Below are positions 45,075-57,832 of a DNA stretch of 64,000 bases, piece after piece; the first letter of the stretch is position 1; the number at the start of each line of letters is the position of its first letter. The DNA is taken from assembly GCA_964016885.1 (NCBI GenBank), contig OZ024764.1, positions 14,384,001 to 14,448,000 on the forward strand, in the 5' to 3' direction. The notes below the pieces were generated by a model. It did no database searches. It saw only the letters and a list, made by a program, of their open reading frames with translations, and was not told where the DNA came from. The position numbers and the translations under genes were made by a program. The DNA comes from Eledone cirrhosa. Its lineage: Eukaryota.

Positions 45075-45323
45075 AGTATAAAGAAAGTGCTCAAGTGTAG
45101 AAATGCTATAAAGATATCTTATAAAATAGGGTGAAGAGCCTTCTGAAATGGATATAGATGTTGCCATTGGCTGCTATAAGGAATTGAACTCCCTAATTTC
45201 TTTGTAGTGGCTAGAAGGTACCTGGGAGATATGGTAACTTCTTTTTCCGTCTTTCAAGGGTCTTCACCCTATTTTATAAGCTATCTTTATAGCATTTCTG
45301 CATTTGAGCACTTTCTTTATACT
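45075..45323. mobile_element. TA-flanked inverted-repeat element (63-bp arms, about 123-bp spacer), unclassified
   Basis: agtataaagaaagtgctcaa...gggtgaaga / tcttcaccc...gcactttctttatact. Confidence 0.6.
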
Positions 45324-45495
<172 letters not shown>

Positions 45496-45834
45496 TATAG
45501 AATGTACAAGGCCATATGTATGTATCTATGTATTTTCATTTTTAAAATATATATATTTGCTTTTTCAACATTTTTCTATTATTGAATTTGAAGTTTATTA
45601 AAACCTTTAATGTCCTGTACCACATGAAACTGCATTATTAAAACATAATTGAAAAGTATTAAACACCACCACGACTATATCACATTAAATATTGAAGTTT
45701 TTACTGCAATATTTCAAATTTTCATAACAATTTGTCCAATAGTAAAGATACTATCAACATTTAGTATAAAACAACACAATGACTATATCACATTATTGTT
45801 TTTACTGTAATATTTCAAATTTTCACAACAATCG

Positions 45835-46648
45835 TCCACCAGTAAAGATACTATAAACATTTAGTCCACCAGTAAAGATACTATAAACATTTAGTACAAA
45901 ACAACACTATGACTACATCACATTAAATATTAAAGTCTTTACTGTAATACTGTAAATTTTCACAACAATCTGTCCACCAGTAAAGATACTATAAACATTC
46001 AGTACAAAACAACACTATGACTACATCACATTAAATATTAAAGTCTTTACTGTAATACTGTAAATTTCCACAACAATCTGTCTACCAGTAAAGATACTAT
46101 AAACATTTAGTACAAAACAACACTATGACTACATCACATTAAATATTAAAGTCTTTACTGTAATACTGTAAATTTCCACAACAATCTGTCTACCAGTAAA
46201 GATACTATAAACATTTAGTACAAAACAACACTATGACTACATCACATTAAATATTAAAGTCTTTACTGTAATACTGTAAATATTCACAACAATCTGTCCA
46301 CCAGTAAAGATACTATAAACATTTAGTACAAAACAACACTATGACTACATCACATTAAATATTAAAGTCTTTACTGTAATACTGTAAATATTCACAACAA
46401 TCTGTCCACCAGTAAAGATACTATAAACATTTAGTACAAAACAACACTATGACTACATCACATTAAATATTAAAGTCTTTACTGTAATACTGTAAATATT
46501 CACAACAATCTGTCTACCAGTAAAGATACTATAAACATTTAGTACAAAACAACACTATGACTACATCACATTAAATATTAAAGTCTTTACTGTAATACTG
46601 TAAATATTCACAACAATCTGTCCACCAGTAAAGATACTATAAACATTA
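45835..46648. repeat. 108-bp AT-rich minisatellite (about 7 copies)
   Basis: cagtaaagatactataaac at 46086, 46194 and onward; older diverged units at 45660-45835. Confidence 0.92.
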
Positions 46649-46980
46649 ACATTTGAATTAACAATGAATGCAGAGCTAACAATAAATATATTTCATGTAA
46701 TAATAACAATGAATTTGATATTAATTTAAAATGTCATCGACAAAGACTTTTTGAAGCAAATATTTATTTAAACCGGCTGAATCCGACCACAATTCCCCCA
46801 CATACCTGGCCACTCATACTGATGTTAAGGTATTGTTCTCAAAATAAATAACATCAAAATCTCATAGCTTCAATATTATATGGAATAATTATGTGAAGTA
46901 AAGCCTTAGAGTAATGTAAATGTTAAAGGGTTAAGTTAAAAGTTTTGTGGACAATAACTAATATGTCTCTCTGTTAACAG

Positions 46981-47092
46981 ATGGCAGCAAACCCGAAGCC
47001 TTCTGGTCTAAAAATACCCTCCAAAATAGCCAAACCATCAGGATTGCCTCATCCCAAGTCTGGGATACCACCACCAACTCCTAAACACCAAA
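46981..47092 (+). CDS. CLIP1: Probable first coding exon of a CLIP-170/CLIP1 (restin, CAP-Gly linker protein)-like gene
   Basis: Branch-like actaat and tctctctgttaacAG acceptor, ATG, open frame MAANPKPSGLKIPSKIAKPSGLPHPKSGIPPPTPKHQ, donor A|GTAAGT (phase 1). KPSGLKIPSKIAKP resembles the recalled vertebrate CLIP1 start MSMLKPSGLKAPTKILKP. No CAP-Gly exon is seen in the window. Confidence 0.68.
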
Positions 47093-47346
47093 GTAAGTGA
47101 AACTCCTTTCTTTTCTTTTTATCTCGTTTAGTTTTCTTCATTTTCTTGTCTTGTCTTCTTTTTCTTTTCTTCTTTGTCGCCTTCTTCTGTCTCCTTCTTC
47201 TGTCTCCTTCTTCTGTCTCCTTCTTCTGTCTCCTTCTTCTGTCTCCTTCTTCTGTCTCCTTCTTCTGTCCCCTTCTTGTCTTCATTTGTCTTCTCTCTTG
47301 CAGACCTAAAACACTCAAGACATATAGATTCTATCCATCAATTTAT

Positions 47347-47725
47347 TTAACCCCCATTTCACCCAACATTTTAACCCCCAATTTTACTTTAACCCCCATT
47401 TCACCCAACATTTTAACCCCCAATTTTACTTTAACCCCCATTTCACCCAACATTTTAACCCCCAATTTTACTTTAACCCCCATTTCACACAACATTTTAA
47501 CCCCCAATTTTACTTTAACCCCCATTTCACCCAACTTTTTAACCCCCAATTTTACTTTAACCCCCATTTCACCCAACTTTTTAACCCCCAATTTTACTTT
47601 AACCCCCATTTCACCCAACTTTTTAACCCCAATTTTACTTTAACCCCCATTTCACACAACATTTTAACCCCCAATTTTACTTTAACCCCCATTTCACCCA
47701 ACATTTTAACCCCCAATTTTACTTC
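47347..47725. repeat. 42-bp C-rich minisatellite (about 9 copies)
   Basis: ttaacccccatttcacccaacattttaacccccaattttact. Confidence 0.93.
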
Positions 47726-47913
47726 AACCACCATTTAAAGCCCTTAGGTCCACGAATGACCATGGGATTTGCACCTAGAAAGTTCCCCTCCGAGGCACAA
47801 GTCCGGGCAAGGTTGATTAAGGAAGACCAGGAGTCACCCATGTATATCAGCCTCCTCTCTCCATGCCAGTGATGATGTCCAAGGGAAAGGCAGCTTGGCA
47901 CCAGTGATGTGAC

Positions 47914-47953
<40 letters not shown>

Positions 47954-47958
<5 letters not shown>

Positions 47959-48190
47959 AACGAGTAGGACCCCGACGGCTGAGCTCAAGCCGTTTCGACG
48001 GAAAATTCTGGACTAAAAAAAAAATTTTTGAAAAAATCATTTTTTTTTTTAGTCCAGAATTAGCCGTCGAAACGGCTTGAGCTCAGCCGTCGGGGTCCTA
48101 CTCGTTCCTATTACCCACTCTACTACCCTAAGTATTGAGTACTTTGGTGCGTTATAGTCCATCTGGTTCATTACCACATTTCCTTCGTTA
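47954..48190. mobile_element. Fold-back element family H4, copy 3 (opposite orientation)
   Basis: Same arms with an A/T-run spacer; long arm to the right; TA flanks. Confidence 0.7.
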
Positions 48191-48246
48191 TATATGTATA
48201 TATACATACATTATATACTCACTATATATACAGTATATATATATAA

Positions 48247-48478
48247 GGGCGGTGGATTGGCAGTATCGGTAGAGGGTCGGACGCCATGGTAGGGCGGTGG
48301 ATTGGCAGTATCGGTAGAGGGTCGGACGCCATGCTTTCCAGCATAGTTACGTCCCTTTACGATCTGAGTTCAAATCCCGCCGAGGTCGACTTTGCCTTTC
48401 ATCCTTACGGGGTCGATAAAATAAAGTACCAGTAATGCACTGGGTAATTGCTGGCCTTGTGCCAAAAGTAGAAACAAC
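48247..48478 (+). mobile_element. Full SINE family B with a duplicated 45-bp head
   Basis: A box tggcagtatcggtag (twice), B box gttcaaatccc, body gtcgactttgcctttcatccttacggggtcgataaaat, end ccaaaagtagaaacaa. Confidence 0.88.
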
Positions 48479-48587
48479 TATATATACAGTATATACACTA
48501 TATTTAGACTATATATACACTAAACTACATATGATGTTGTCCAAGGGAAAGACTATGGCTGATACAGCTTGGCACCATTGACATAAC

Positions 48588-48665
<78 letters not shown>

Positions 48666-48672
48666 GTATGTA

Positions 48673-48749
<77 letters not shown>

Positions 48750-48849
48750 GTTATTAAAAATATTAATAAATAAATGAATACGTTCACATAATCAAAATAT
48801 ATGTTTTATTATATATATTTTGGAGGTACTGTGCTGTTTTTTCAGTACG

Positions 48850-48889
<40 letters not shown>

Positions 48890-48891
<2 letters not shown>

Positions 48892-49360
48892 AAGGCGGGT
48901 AAAATTCCCGAGATCCATGGACGAGTTCTCTCCAGCGGTCTCTGTCCCTCATTATCGCTGCCATATCCTGCGTCTCCAACAGACCAGTGTCTGTCCTTAG
49001 GGCATCAACATATGTTAACCTTGGGCTTCCTCTTCCAGTGTGTCCATGCAGGGGCTCCCACAGGAGCACTGAGTGCAATGTCAATTCGAGATGTCGGTGA
49101 GCATGTCAAGCCAAACCCCAGTCTCCCCTGTGTCACTCCTGAGCCGACCCCTGGGAGGCTCCCATACAGCTCCGAGCCCCTCATCCTCAGTGTATACTGA
49201 TTAATGTTCAGAGCCATCCTCAGCATTCTCGTGTAGCACCCATCCACCATCTGAGTGAGTTTCTTGGTCAGTGTCCAAGTCTCGGACCCATACAGCAGCA
49301 CAGACTCCACTACAGCATTGAAGAGGCGGATTTTTATATATATGAAAATCCGCCTCTTCA
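48890..49360 (-). mobile_element. RTE/RTEX-like LINE fragment (second subfamily)
   Basis: KIRLFNAVVESVLLYGSETWTLTKKLTQMVDGCYTRMLRMAL; LLWEPLHGHTGRGSPRLTYVDAL. Confidence 0.85.
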
Positions 49361-49465
49361 TATATATATATATGTGTGTGTGTGTGTTTAGTGGTAGCTA
49401 TGGTGCTTCCATAGGCGGTATGCCAGTTGAGCACCCTATGTTCTTACAGAGCAGAGTGTGATATA

Positions 49466-49667
49466 ATATAAAACGAAAAATCAGTGATGCATCTAGACTC
49501 AGTTTATTGTGTGTTACAATTGTTTCGCTGGCAGATAGCTCGAGACACAATCAGTGTGTGGATCTGTCTGATTCTAGAACTGCGGGTTCTTCGGACAGAT
49601 GCAATGCTTTTGGAGTTCCGAAAGCATAAACTGAGTCTAGATGCATCACTGATTTTTCGTTTTATAT
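49466..49667. mobile_element. Inverted-repeat element with 42-bp perfect arms and a possible degenerate hammerhead inside
   Basis: Arms 49466-49507 / 49626-49667. Confidence 0.6.
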
Positions 49668-50108
<441 letters not shown>

Positions 50109-50954
50109 AGTCTATACTATATATATATAGATATATAGTATAGACTTACTATATATACACTACGTAAACCTTATACTGTTTTTACAGTATATATATACAT
50201 TATATATGATGATGTCGAAGGGAAAGGCAATGGCTGATACAGCTTGGTCACAGCTCATTCCTACAGCTGAGTAAACTGGAGCAACGTGAAATAAAGTGTC
50301 TTGCTCAAGGAAACAATGCATCACCCGGTCTGAGAATTGAACTCACAACCTTCCAATTCCAGGCCCAGTGCTCTAACCACTAAGCCAATGCGCCTTCACT
50401 ACCTAAATAGAATAGTCTCTACATAAAGGGCTCACTAAATTAAAAGGTCCTTAAATAGGAGCTGGTGACTCTGTGTGTGGTTGTGTTGCTGTGTGTGGCT
50501 GTGTTCCTTTGTTTATGACTGTGTGTGTGGGTGGCAGTATGTGTGTGTGTGTAGTTGTTGCTGTGTGTGTGTGGAGGGGGTTTTGAGCCCAACAACCAAA
50601 AGGGTGCTTTTAATGGCCTTATAAGGGAATCAGCTGGGACTTTGGTGGTGGTGGTGTGTTTTGTGTTGTTTGAGAAAGATGGTAGTGTGGTAGGGTAGTG
50701 TGGTGAGCTGTTTGTGTTAGTCTTTGTATTGATGGTGGTAGTGGTGGTGGGGTTGATGGGGGGGTTTGTGTGTAGTGGTGTTGGTGATGGTATTGACAGA
50801 GGGTGCTGGTATGGTTGGTAAGGAGATGTTAGCTGTGGTGGTGGTGGTGGTGGTGGTGTTGATGGTATTGATATGGTGGTGGTGGTGCTGGTATGGATGG
50901 TAGTGGGGGTTGGTAGGGAGATGTTAGCTGTGGTGTGGTGGTGTTCAATCACAT

Positions 50955-51007
<53 letters not shown>

Positions 51008-51516
51008 CACAGCTGGATTAGTAGCACCCCTGTGTGTGTGTGTGTAGGAAGAGGGGGATGGGGGTGAGTGTTAAGGCCCAGGGATGTTGAATATTACTGC
51101 CACCCCCCACACCACCACCACCACCACCCTCGTGTCCCTATCATCTGCCTAAACCTGACAGATGCGCAGACACCAATCTGGGGCACCCTTCTGTGTTGGT
51201 AGGAAGGGGAAACTGGGTGGAGGGGCAGGCAGAGATGTTTTATACAACAATCTACCCTAACACCCCCCCACTCCACTCATTCAGAATGTAAGTGTGCATG
51301 TCATGTTAGGGTGGGGGGGGGGGACAGACCCTTTACCCCCCCCCCCCCGTGCTACATCATCATCGCCACCACCACCACCAATGCCATCACCTCTGCACTG
51401 TTTGGTGGACATGCTAGAAATAGCAGCCAAATCGTTCACAAAATCTCCACACAGACACACACACAGCATATATGAAGGATGTAGTGGTGGTAGGGAGCAA
51501 GGGGTACCCATTCCCT

Positions 51517-52861
51517 CCACCACTACCATCACTAACACCACCACTACCACCACCAACACTACCACTACCATCACTGACACCACTACCAGCACCACCACCA
51601 CCACTAGCATCACAAACACCACCACTACCACTACCACCACCACCACTACCACTACCACCACCAACACTACCACCACCACCACTACCATCACTAACACCAC
51701 TACCACAACCAACACTACCACTACCATCACTAACGCCACCACCACTACCATCACTAACACCACTACCATCACCATCACTACCACTACTACCACCACCACC
51801 ACCACTACCATCACTGACACCACTACCACAACCAACACTACCATCACTAACACCACTACCATCACTACCACTACCATCACTACCATCACTACCACTACCA
51901 TCACTACCACCACCACCACTACCATCACTACCACAACCAACACTACCACTACCATCACTAACACCACCACCACTACCATCACTAACACCACTACCATCAC
52001 CATCACTACCACTACTACCACCACCACCACCACTACCACAACCAACACTACCATCACTAACACCACTACCATCACTACCACTACCATCACTACCATCACT
52101 ACCACTACCATCACTACCACCACCACCACTACCATCACTACCACAACCAACACTACCACTACCATCACTAACACCACCACCACTACCATCACTAACACCA
52201 CTACCATCACCATCACTACCACTACTACCACCACCACCACCACTACCACAACCAACACTACCATCACTAACACCACTACCATCACTACCACTACCATCAC
52301 TACCATCACTACCACTACCATCACTACCACCACCACCACTACCATCACTACCACAACCAACACTACCACTACCATCACTAACACCACCACCACTACCATC
52401 ACTAACACCACTACCATCACCATCACTACCACTACTACCACCACCACCACCACTACCACAACCAACACTACCATCACTAACACCACTACCATCACTACCA
52501 CTACCATCACTACCATCACTACCACTACCATCACTACCACCACCACCACTACCATCACTACCACAACCAACACTACCACTACCATCACTAACACCACCAC
52601 CACTACCATCACTAACACCACTACCATCACCATCACTACCACTACTACCACCACCACCACCACTACCACAACCAACACTACCATCACTAACACCACTACC
52701 AACACTACCACCACCATCACTAACACCACCACTACCATCACTAACACTACCACTACCATCACTACCACTACCATCACTACCACCACCACTACCACCACCA
52801 CTACCACCGCCACCACCACTTCCATCACTACCACAACCAACACTACCACTACCATCACTAA
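51517..52861. repeat. (ACC/ACT/ATC)n triplet repeat with 210-bp higher-order unit
   Basis: Identical blocks at 51841, 52051, 52261 and 52471. Confidence 0.93.
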
Positions 52862-53116
52862 CGTAGTAGTAGTAGTAGTAGTAGTGATAGTGATGGTGGT
52901 GGTGGTGGTAGTATTAACAGTAGTAGTAGTAGTAGCAGCTGTAGTAGTAGTAGTAGCTGCAGTGGTAGTGGTAGTGGTAGTAGTAGCAGTAGTAGTAGTA
53001 TGTCATGGTGTTGACAGACTGTGTTTATCTTGGTGCAGGGTTTTTTTTTATTTTTACAAAAATATTTTTGTAATTTTGACAATTGGCAGCATTTAAAAAG
53101 AATTTGTTGGTAACTG

Positions 53117-53760
53117 GCGGTGGTGGTGGTAGAGGTGGTGTTGGTGGTGGTGGTGGTGGTGGTGATAGAGGTTGTGGTGCTGGTGTTGCTAGTGATAGAG
53201 GTGGTGGTGGTGGTGGTGGTGCTGGTGGTGGTGGTGGTGATAGAGGTGGTGGTGGTGGTAGTGATAGAGGTGCTGGTGGTGGTGGTGGTGGTGGTAGAGG
53301 TGGTGGTGGTGGTGTTGGTGGTGGTGGTGGTGATAGAGGTTGTGGTGCTGGTGTTGCTAGTGATAGAGGTGGTGGTGGTGGTGGTGGTGGTGGTACTGGT
53401 GTCAGTGATGGTAGAGGTGGTGGTGGTGGTGGTGGTAGAGGTGCTGGTGGTGGTGGTGGTGGTGGTGATAGAGGTGCTGGTGGTGGTGGTGGTGGTAGCG
53501 ATAGAGGTGCTGGTGGTGGTGGTGGTGTTGGTAGTGATAGAGGTGCTGGTGGTGGTGGTGATAGAGGTTGTGGTGCTGGTGTTGATAGAGGTGGTAGTAG
53601 TGGTGGTAGTAGTGGTGGTGCTGGTGCTGGTAGTGATAGCGGTGTTGGTGGTGGTGGGGGTGCTGGTGCTGGTAGTGATAGAGGTTGTGGTGGGGGTGCT
53701 GGTGCTGGTAGTGATAGAGGTGGGGGTGATGGTGGTGATAGAGGTGGTGTTGGTGGTGCG
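53117..53760. repeat. (GGT)n-rich triplet repeat
   Basis: Direct reading. Confidence 0.92.
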
Positions 53761-53899
53761 GGGAGAGAGGTGGAGATGTGAAGGTGAGGGAGTGACATTG
53801 ACCCAGGAAGGGAAGAGGTGGTAGAGGTGAAGAGGGTGGAGGATTACAGCATGGGGTGATATTTAATGCTAAAGCGTGTATGGTATAAATATATATATA

Positions 53900-54100
53900 C
53901 AGGGCGGTAGATTGGCAATATCATCGGATACTATGCTATGTGGCATAGAGTTATGGCTTTTTACACTTAAGTTCAAATCCCACTGAGATTAGCTTTGCCG
54001 TTCACCCTTACAGGGTCGATGAAATGAAGTACCAGTAATGTACTGGGATCAACTTAATCGATTTTCTTCTCCCCCCAAATTGTTGGTTTTGTGCCTAAAG
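53900..54100 (+). mobile_element. SINE family B copy (diverged)
   Basis: gggcggtagattggcaatatc...gttcaaatccc...gggtcgatgaaatgaagtaccag. Confidence 0.75.
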
Positions 54101-54125
54101 TACTAACCATATGTATGTATGTGTG

Positions 54126-54184
<59 letters not shown>

Positions 54185-54931
54185 CAGACCCAGAAAAACC
54201 TGGGACGAGCTGATAAACTCCGACCTCACACACTTACACCTCACCAAGACAATGTCACTGGACCGAGACCTTTGGCGGTACTCAGTAATAGAGAAGACCT
54301 GCCTTACCTAAATACAAAGTAAAACCTACTACAGTCAGTAGGCATCTCTAACAAAATACACCCCCGTCCCACCCACCCCACCCCATCCACACCGCCCCCT
54401 TCTATGTAAAGTTATGTTGGTGCCACACCATCCAGGCCGAAACAAATGAGATCGTGTAGGTGTCACGACAAAAAAACACACAGTCCACGCTGTAATGTGG
54501 CCGTGTAGGCAACACGGTAAAAACCTCCCAGACCTACATGGGCATGCCTACAAAGTCAGAAAACAGCACAGCTCCCATAACTTTCGGAAACATTTTTTTC
54601 ATGTTTAGAGTTGCTGAAGCATGGAACAAACTACCTGCATCAGTTGTTAGCTGTCGGGACACTGAATACTTCAAAACTTCCATGCTTGCTGAAATTTGCC
54701 AACACTACACCTGATATTCCCCCTCCATACATATGCACGCATCTGTGTAATCAGTTGTTAGCTGTCGAGACACTGCATCCTTTAAAACCTCCATGCTTCC
54801 TGAGATTCGCCAACACTACACCTAATATTCTCCCTCCATACACACGCACACATGTAAAATTATAAATATATATATATATTAGATTAGTAAACAAAAGCTT
54901 AAGCTTTGTATCATATATATATATATATATA

Positions 54932-55352
54932 TCATCATCATTTTATGTTCGCTTTTCCCTGCTTGCAAGGGTTGGACGGGTCCTATTCAGCACAGCATCT
55001 CTCCACTTGTCACTGTCCTTCGTCATCTCCTCGGTGAGTTTCAGCGATCTGAGGTCTGCTCTCACCATCTCTGCCCATGTTTTTTGTGGTCTTCCTCTAC
55101 TGCGTCTTCCCTCCACTGGGACTTCCTGGTACTGCTTTACCCAGCGGTCATCCTCCATGCACATCACATGTCCATACCATCTCAGCCTTCTCTCCCGCAC
55201 ACCACAACTTATCCCTCTTATACCCAGTCTATTATACCTTGTCTATGCTTGGTCGTTCACGCACATTGACATTGCACATCCAACGGAGCATGCTTGCTTC
55301 ATTTCTCTCCAGCCGTCGCATATCCTCTGCAGTTGCTGCCCATGTCTCACTA
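54932..55352 (-). mobile_element. RTE-clade LINE 3' fragment
   Basis: RERRLRWYGHVMCMEDDRWVK...RPTLASREKRT* with (ATG)n tail. Confidence 0.9.
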
Positions 55353-55409
55353 CTGTATTGTTTTCCCACATTGACATTTTTGCATACTCACACACATACA
55401 AGAATGTGT

Positions 55410-55627
55410 ATCATCATCATTTCATTTTACGTCCGTTTTTTCCCTGCTTGCAGTGGAATGATATGGACCCCAGTCCCTATCATCTCATTTCTACAGCTGA
55501 GTAAACTGGAGCAATGTGAAATAAAGTGTCTTGCTCAAGGAAACAACACATCACCCGGTCTGAGAATTGAACTCACAACCTTTCGATTGCAAGGCCAATG
55601 CTCTAACCACTAAGCCATGTGTCTCCA
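55410..55627 (-). mobile_element. SINE family A, internally deleted
   Basis: Head and core as in 23400-23577, joined directly to the terminal RTE-type tail. Confidence 0.8.
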
Positions 55628-55632
55628 TATAT

Positions 55633-56185
55633 AGAATAAGGACGGGTTGGAAGAAGTTTAGGGAGCTGCTTCCTCTGTTGACGAAAAAGGGTTTCTCCCT
55701 GCGTACGAAAGGCCGGTTGTATGATGCCTGTGTGAGGAGCGCGATGCTGCATGGTAGTGAGACATGGGCAGCAACCGCAGAAGATATGCGACGGCTGGAG
55801 AGAAATGAGGCAAGCATGCTCCGTTGGATGTGCAGTGTAAATGTGCGTGAACGACCCAGCATAAATGTGTTGAGAGAGAAACTGTGTCTGAGAGAGATAG
55901 AATGTAGTGTACGGGAGAGGAGACTGAGGTGGTATGGACATGTGATGCGCATGGAGGATGACCGATGGGTGAAGAAGTGCCAGGAAATGCCAGTTGAAGG
56001 AAGACGTGGTAGAGGTAGACCACGAAAAACATGGGCGGAGGTGGTGAGAACAGACCTCAGATCATTGAAGCTCACGGTGGAGATGACGAGGGACCGTGAC
56101 GAGTGGAGAGATGCTGTGCTGAATAAGACCCGTCCCACCCTTGCAAGCAGGGAAAAGCGGACGTAAAATGATGATGATGATGATA
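55633..56185 (+). mobile_element. RTE-clade LINE 3' fragment with intact frame
   Basis: RIRTGWKKFRELLPLL...LYDACVRSAMLHGSETW...RRLRWYGHV...GRPRKTW...KRT* then (ATG)n. Confidence 0.93.
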
Positions 56186-56597
56186 TACACACACACACAC
56201 ATTCGTAATCAATATATATACATGTATATATTGTGTGGTTCATTCAATAAAAATAACCAGCACACGCCCTGACTCGGGAATGCAACCCAACATGAGATGG
56301 TCCTTGTAACAGTATTGAGTGCGTCGAATGCTGAACTGCCTGTAACTATAGCTACACACTCAACTGACATGTGTGTATATAAATATGTGTGTGTCTGTGT
56401 GTAAATGTGTGTGTGTGTATATATATATATATGTATATATGTGTGTGTGTGTGTATAAATATGTGTGTGTGTAAATATGTATATATATATATGTGTGTAT
56501 AAATATGTGTGTGTGTAAATATATATATATATATAGTTATGTGTGTGTGTGTGTGTGTAAATATATATATATATATATATGTCTGTGTGTAAATATG

Positions 56598-56630
<33 letters not shown>

Positions 56631-56818
56631 AAATATGTGTCTGTGTGTGAACATATATGTATCTGTGAATGTGTGTGTGTGTGTGTGTAAATATATGTGT
56701 CTGTGTGTGAACATATATGTATCTGTGAATGTATGTGTGTGTGTAAATATATATATATATATAGTTGTGTGTGTGTGTAAATATATATATATATATAGTT
56801 ATGTGTGTGTGTGTGTGT

Positions 56819-56850
<32 letters not shown>

Positions 56851-57055
56851 CTGTGTGTAAATATGTATATATATATGTGTGTGTGTGTGTGTAAATGTCT
56901 GTGTGTGAACATATATGTATCTGTGAATGTGTGTGTGTGTGTGTATATTTAATAAAGGTTTAACATTATATATCCTGAAAGAAAAAGCATGCACTACAAG
57001 CAGCCGGGCTTCTTACTGTAAATGATATATAAACGTGTGTGTGTGTGTGTTTGTA

Positions 57056-57086
<31 letters not shown>

Positions 57087-57141
57087 TGTAAATATTAAGA
57101 ATCAGAATATAAAAGGGAGTGGTGGTATTGTTGTGGTAGTG

Positions 57142-57176
<35 letters not shown>

Positions 57177-57659
57177 ATTGTTAAGTAAGTGCTGTTGAGT
57201 CACACAGACATCACACAAACCAACCGACCGACTAACTAACTAACCAGGGAAGAAAGAAACTTTTAGTATCTGAGATTTTTTTGGATTTAAGAGCAGCAGG
57301 GAAAAAAAAGGAAGCCCCATTAACTTTCAACTTTAACCATCTCCTCCATCACCAATCCCACCACCATCAATAGGATCATCATCATCATCACCACCACCAG
57401 TAACAGCCTCTATATCAACACCAACATGGACCTTAAGAAGGTACTAGTTAGAGCAATAGTTGTACTTGTACCACTAATGGCTCTTAAAACACTTTGAAAG
57501 CTTTCGTGACTTTTTCTTTTCAAATATGTTACTCAATTTCACTTAACTTAATGAAGAATTTTGAGGGTTTTATTTACTAAAATTATTAATTATTTAATAA
57601 CTAGGATAGTAACTTAACACATGGTTTAAATTTAAATAAGTACTCTGTGTTTCATTTAA

Positions 57660-57775
57660 TTAATTGTTTCTACTTTTGGCACAAGGCCAGCAATTACCCA
57701 GTACATTACTAGTACTTTATTTTATCGACCCCGTAAAGATGAAAGGCAAAGTTAATCTCGGTGGGATTTGAAATT
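57660..57775 (-). mobile_element. SINE family B 3' part
   Basis: Reverse complement matches 48370-48478. Confidence 0.8.
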
Positions 57776-57832
57776 AATTAATGAAGAACTTTGAGGAATT
57801 TGCTCAAATTATTTCATTACTAAGATATTAAC

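Noticed and set aside
47303-47350. Acceptor-like ttgcag after a pyrimidine tract as the next exon
   Set aside because: The tract is a simple repeat; the phase-1 frame stops after about 15 codons with no donor.
51281-53824. Mucin-like Thr-rich, Pro-rich and Gly-rich ORFs (also 9546-10058, 24287-25392)
   Set aside because: Triplet microsatellites open in several frames on both strands.
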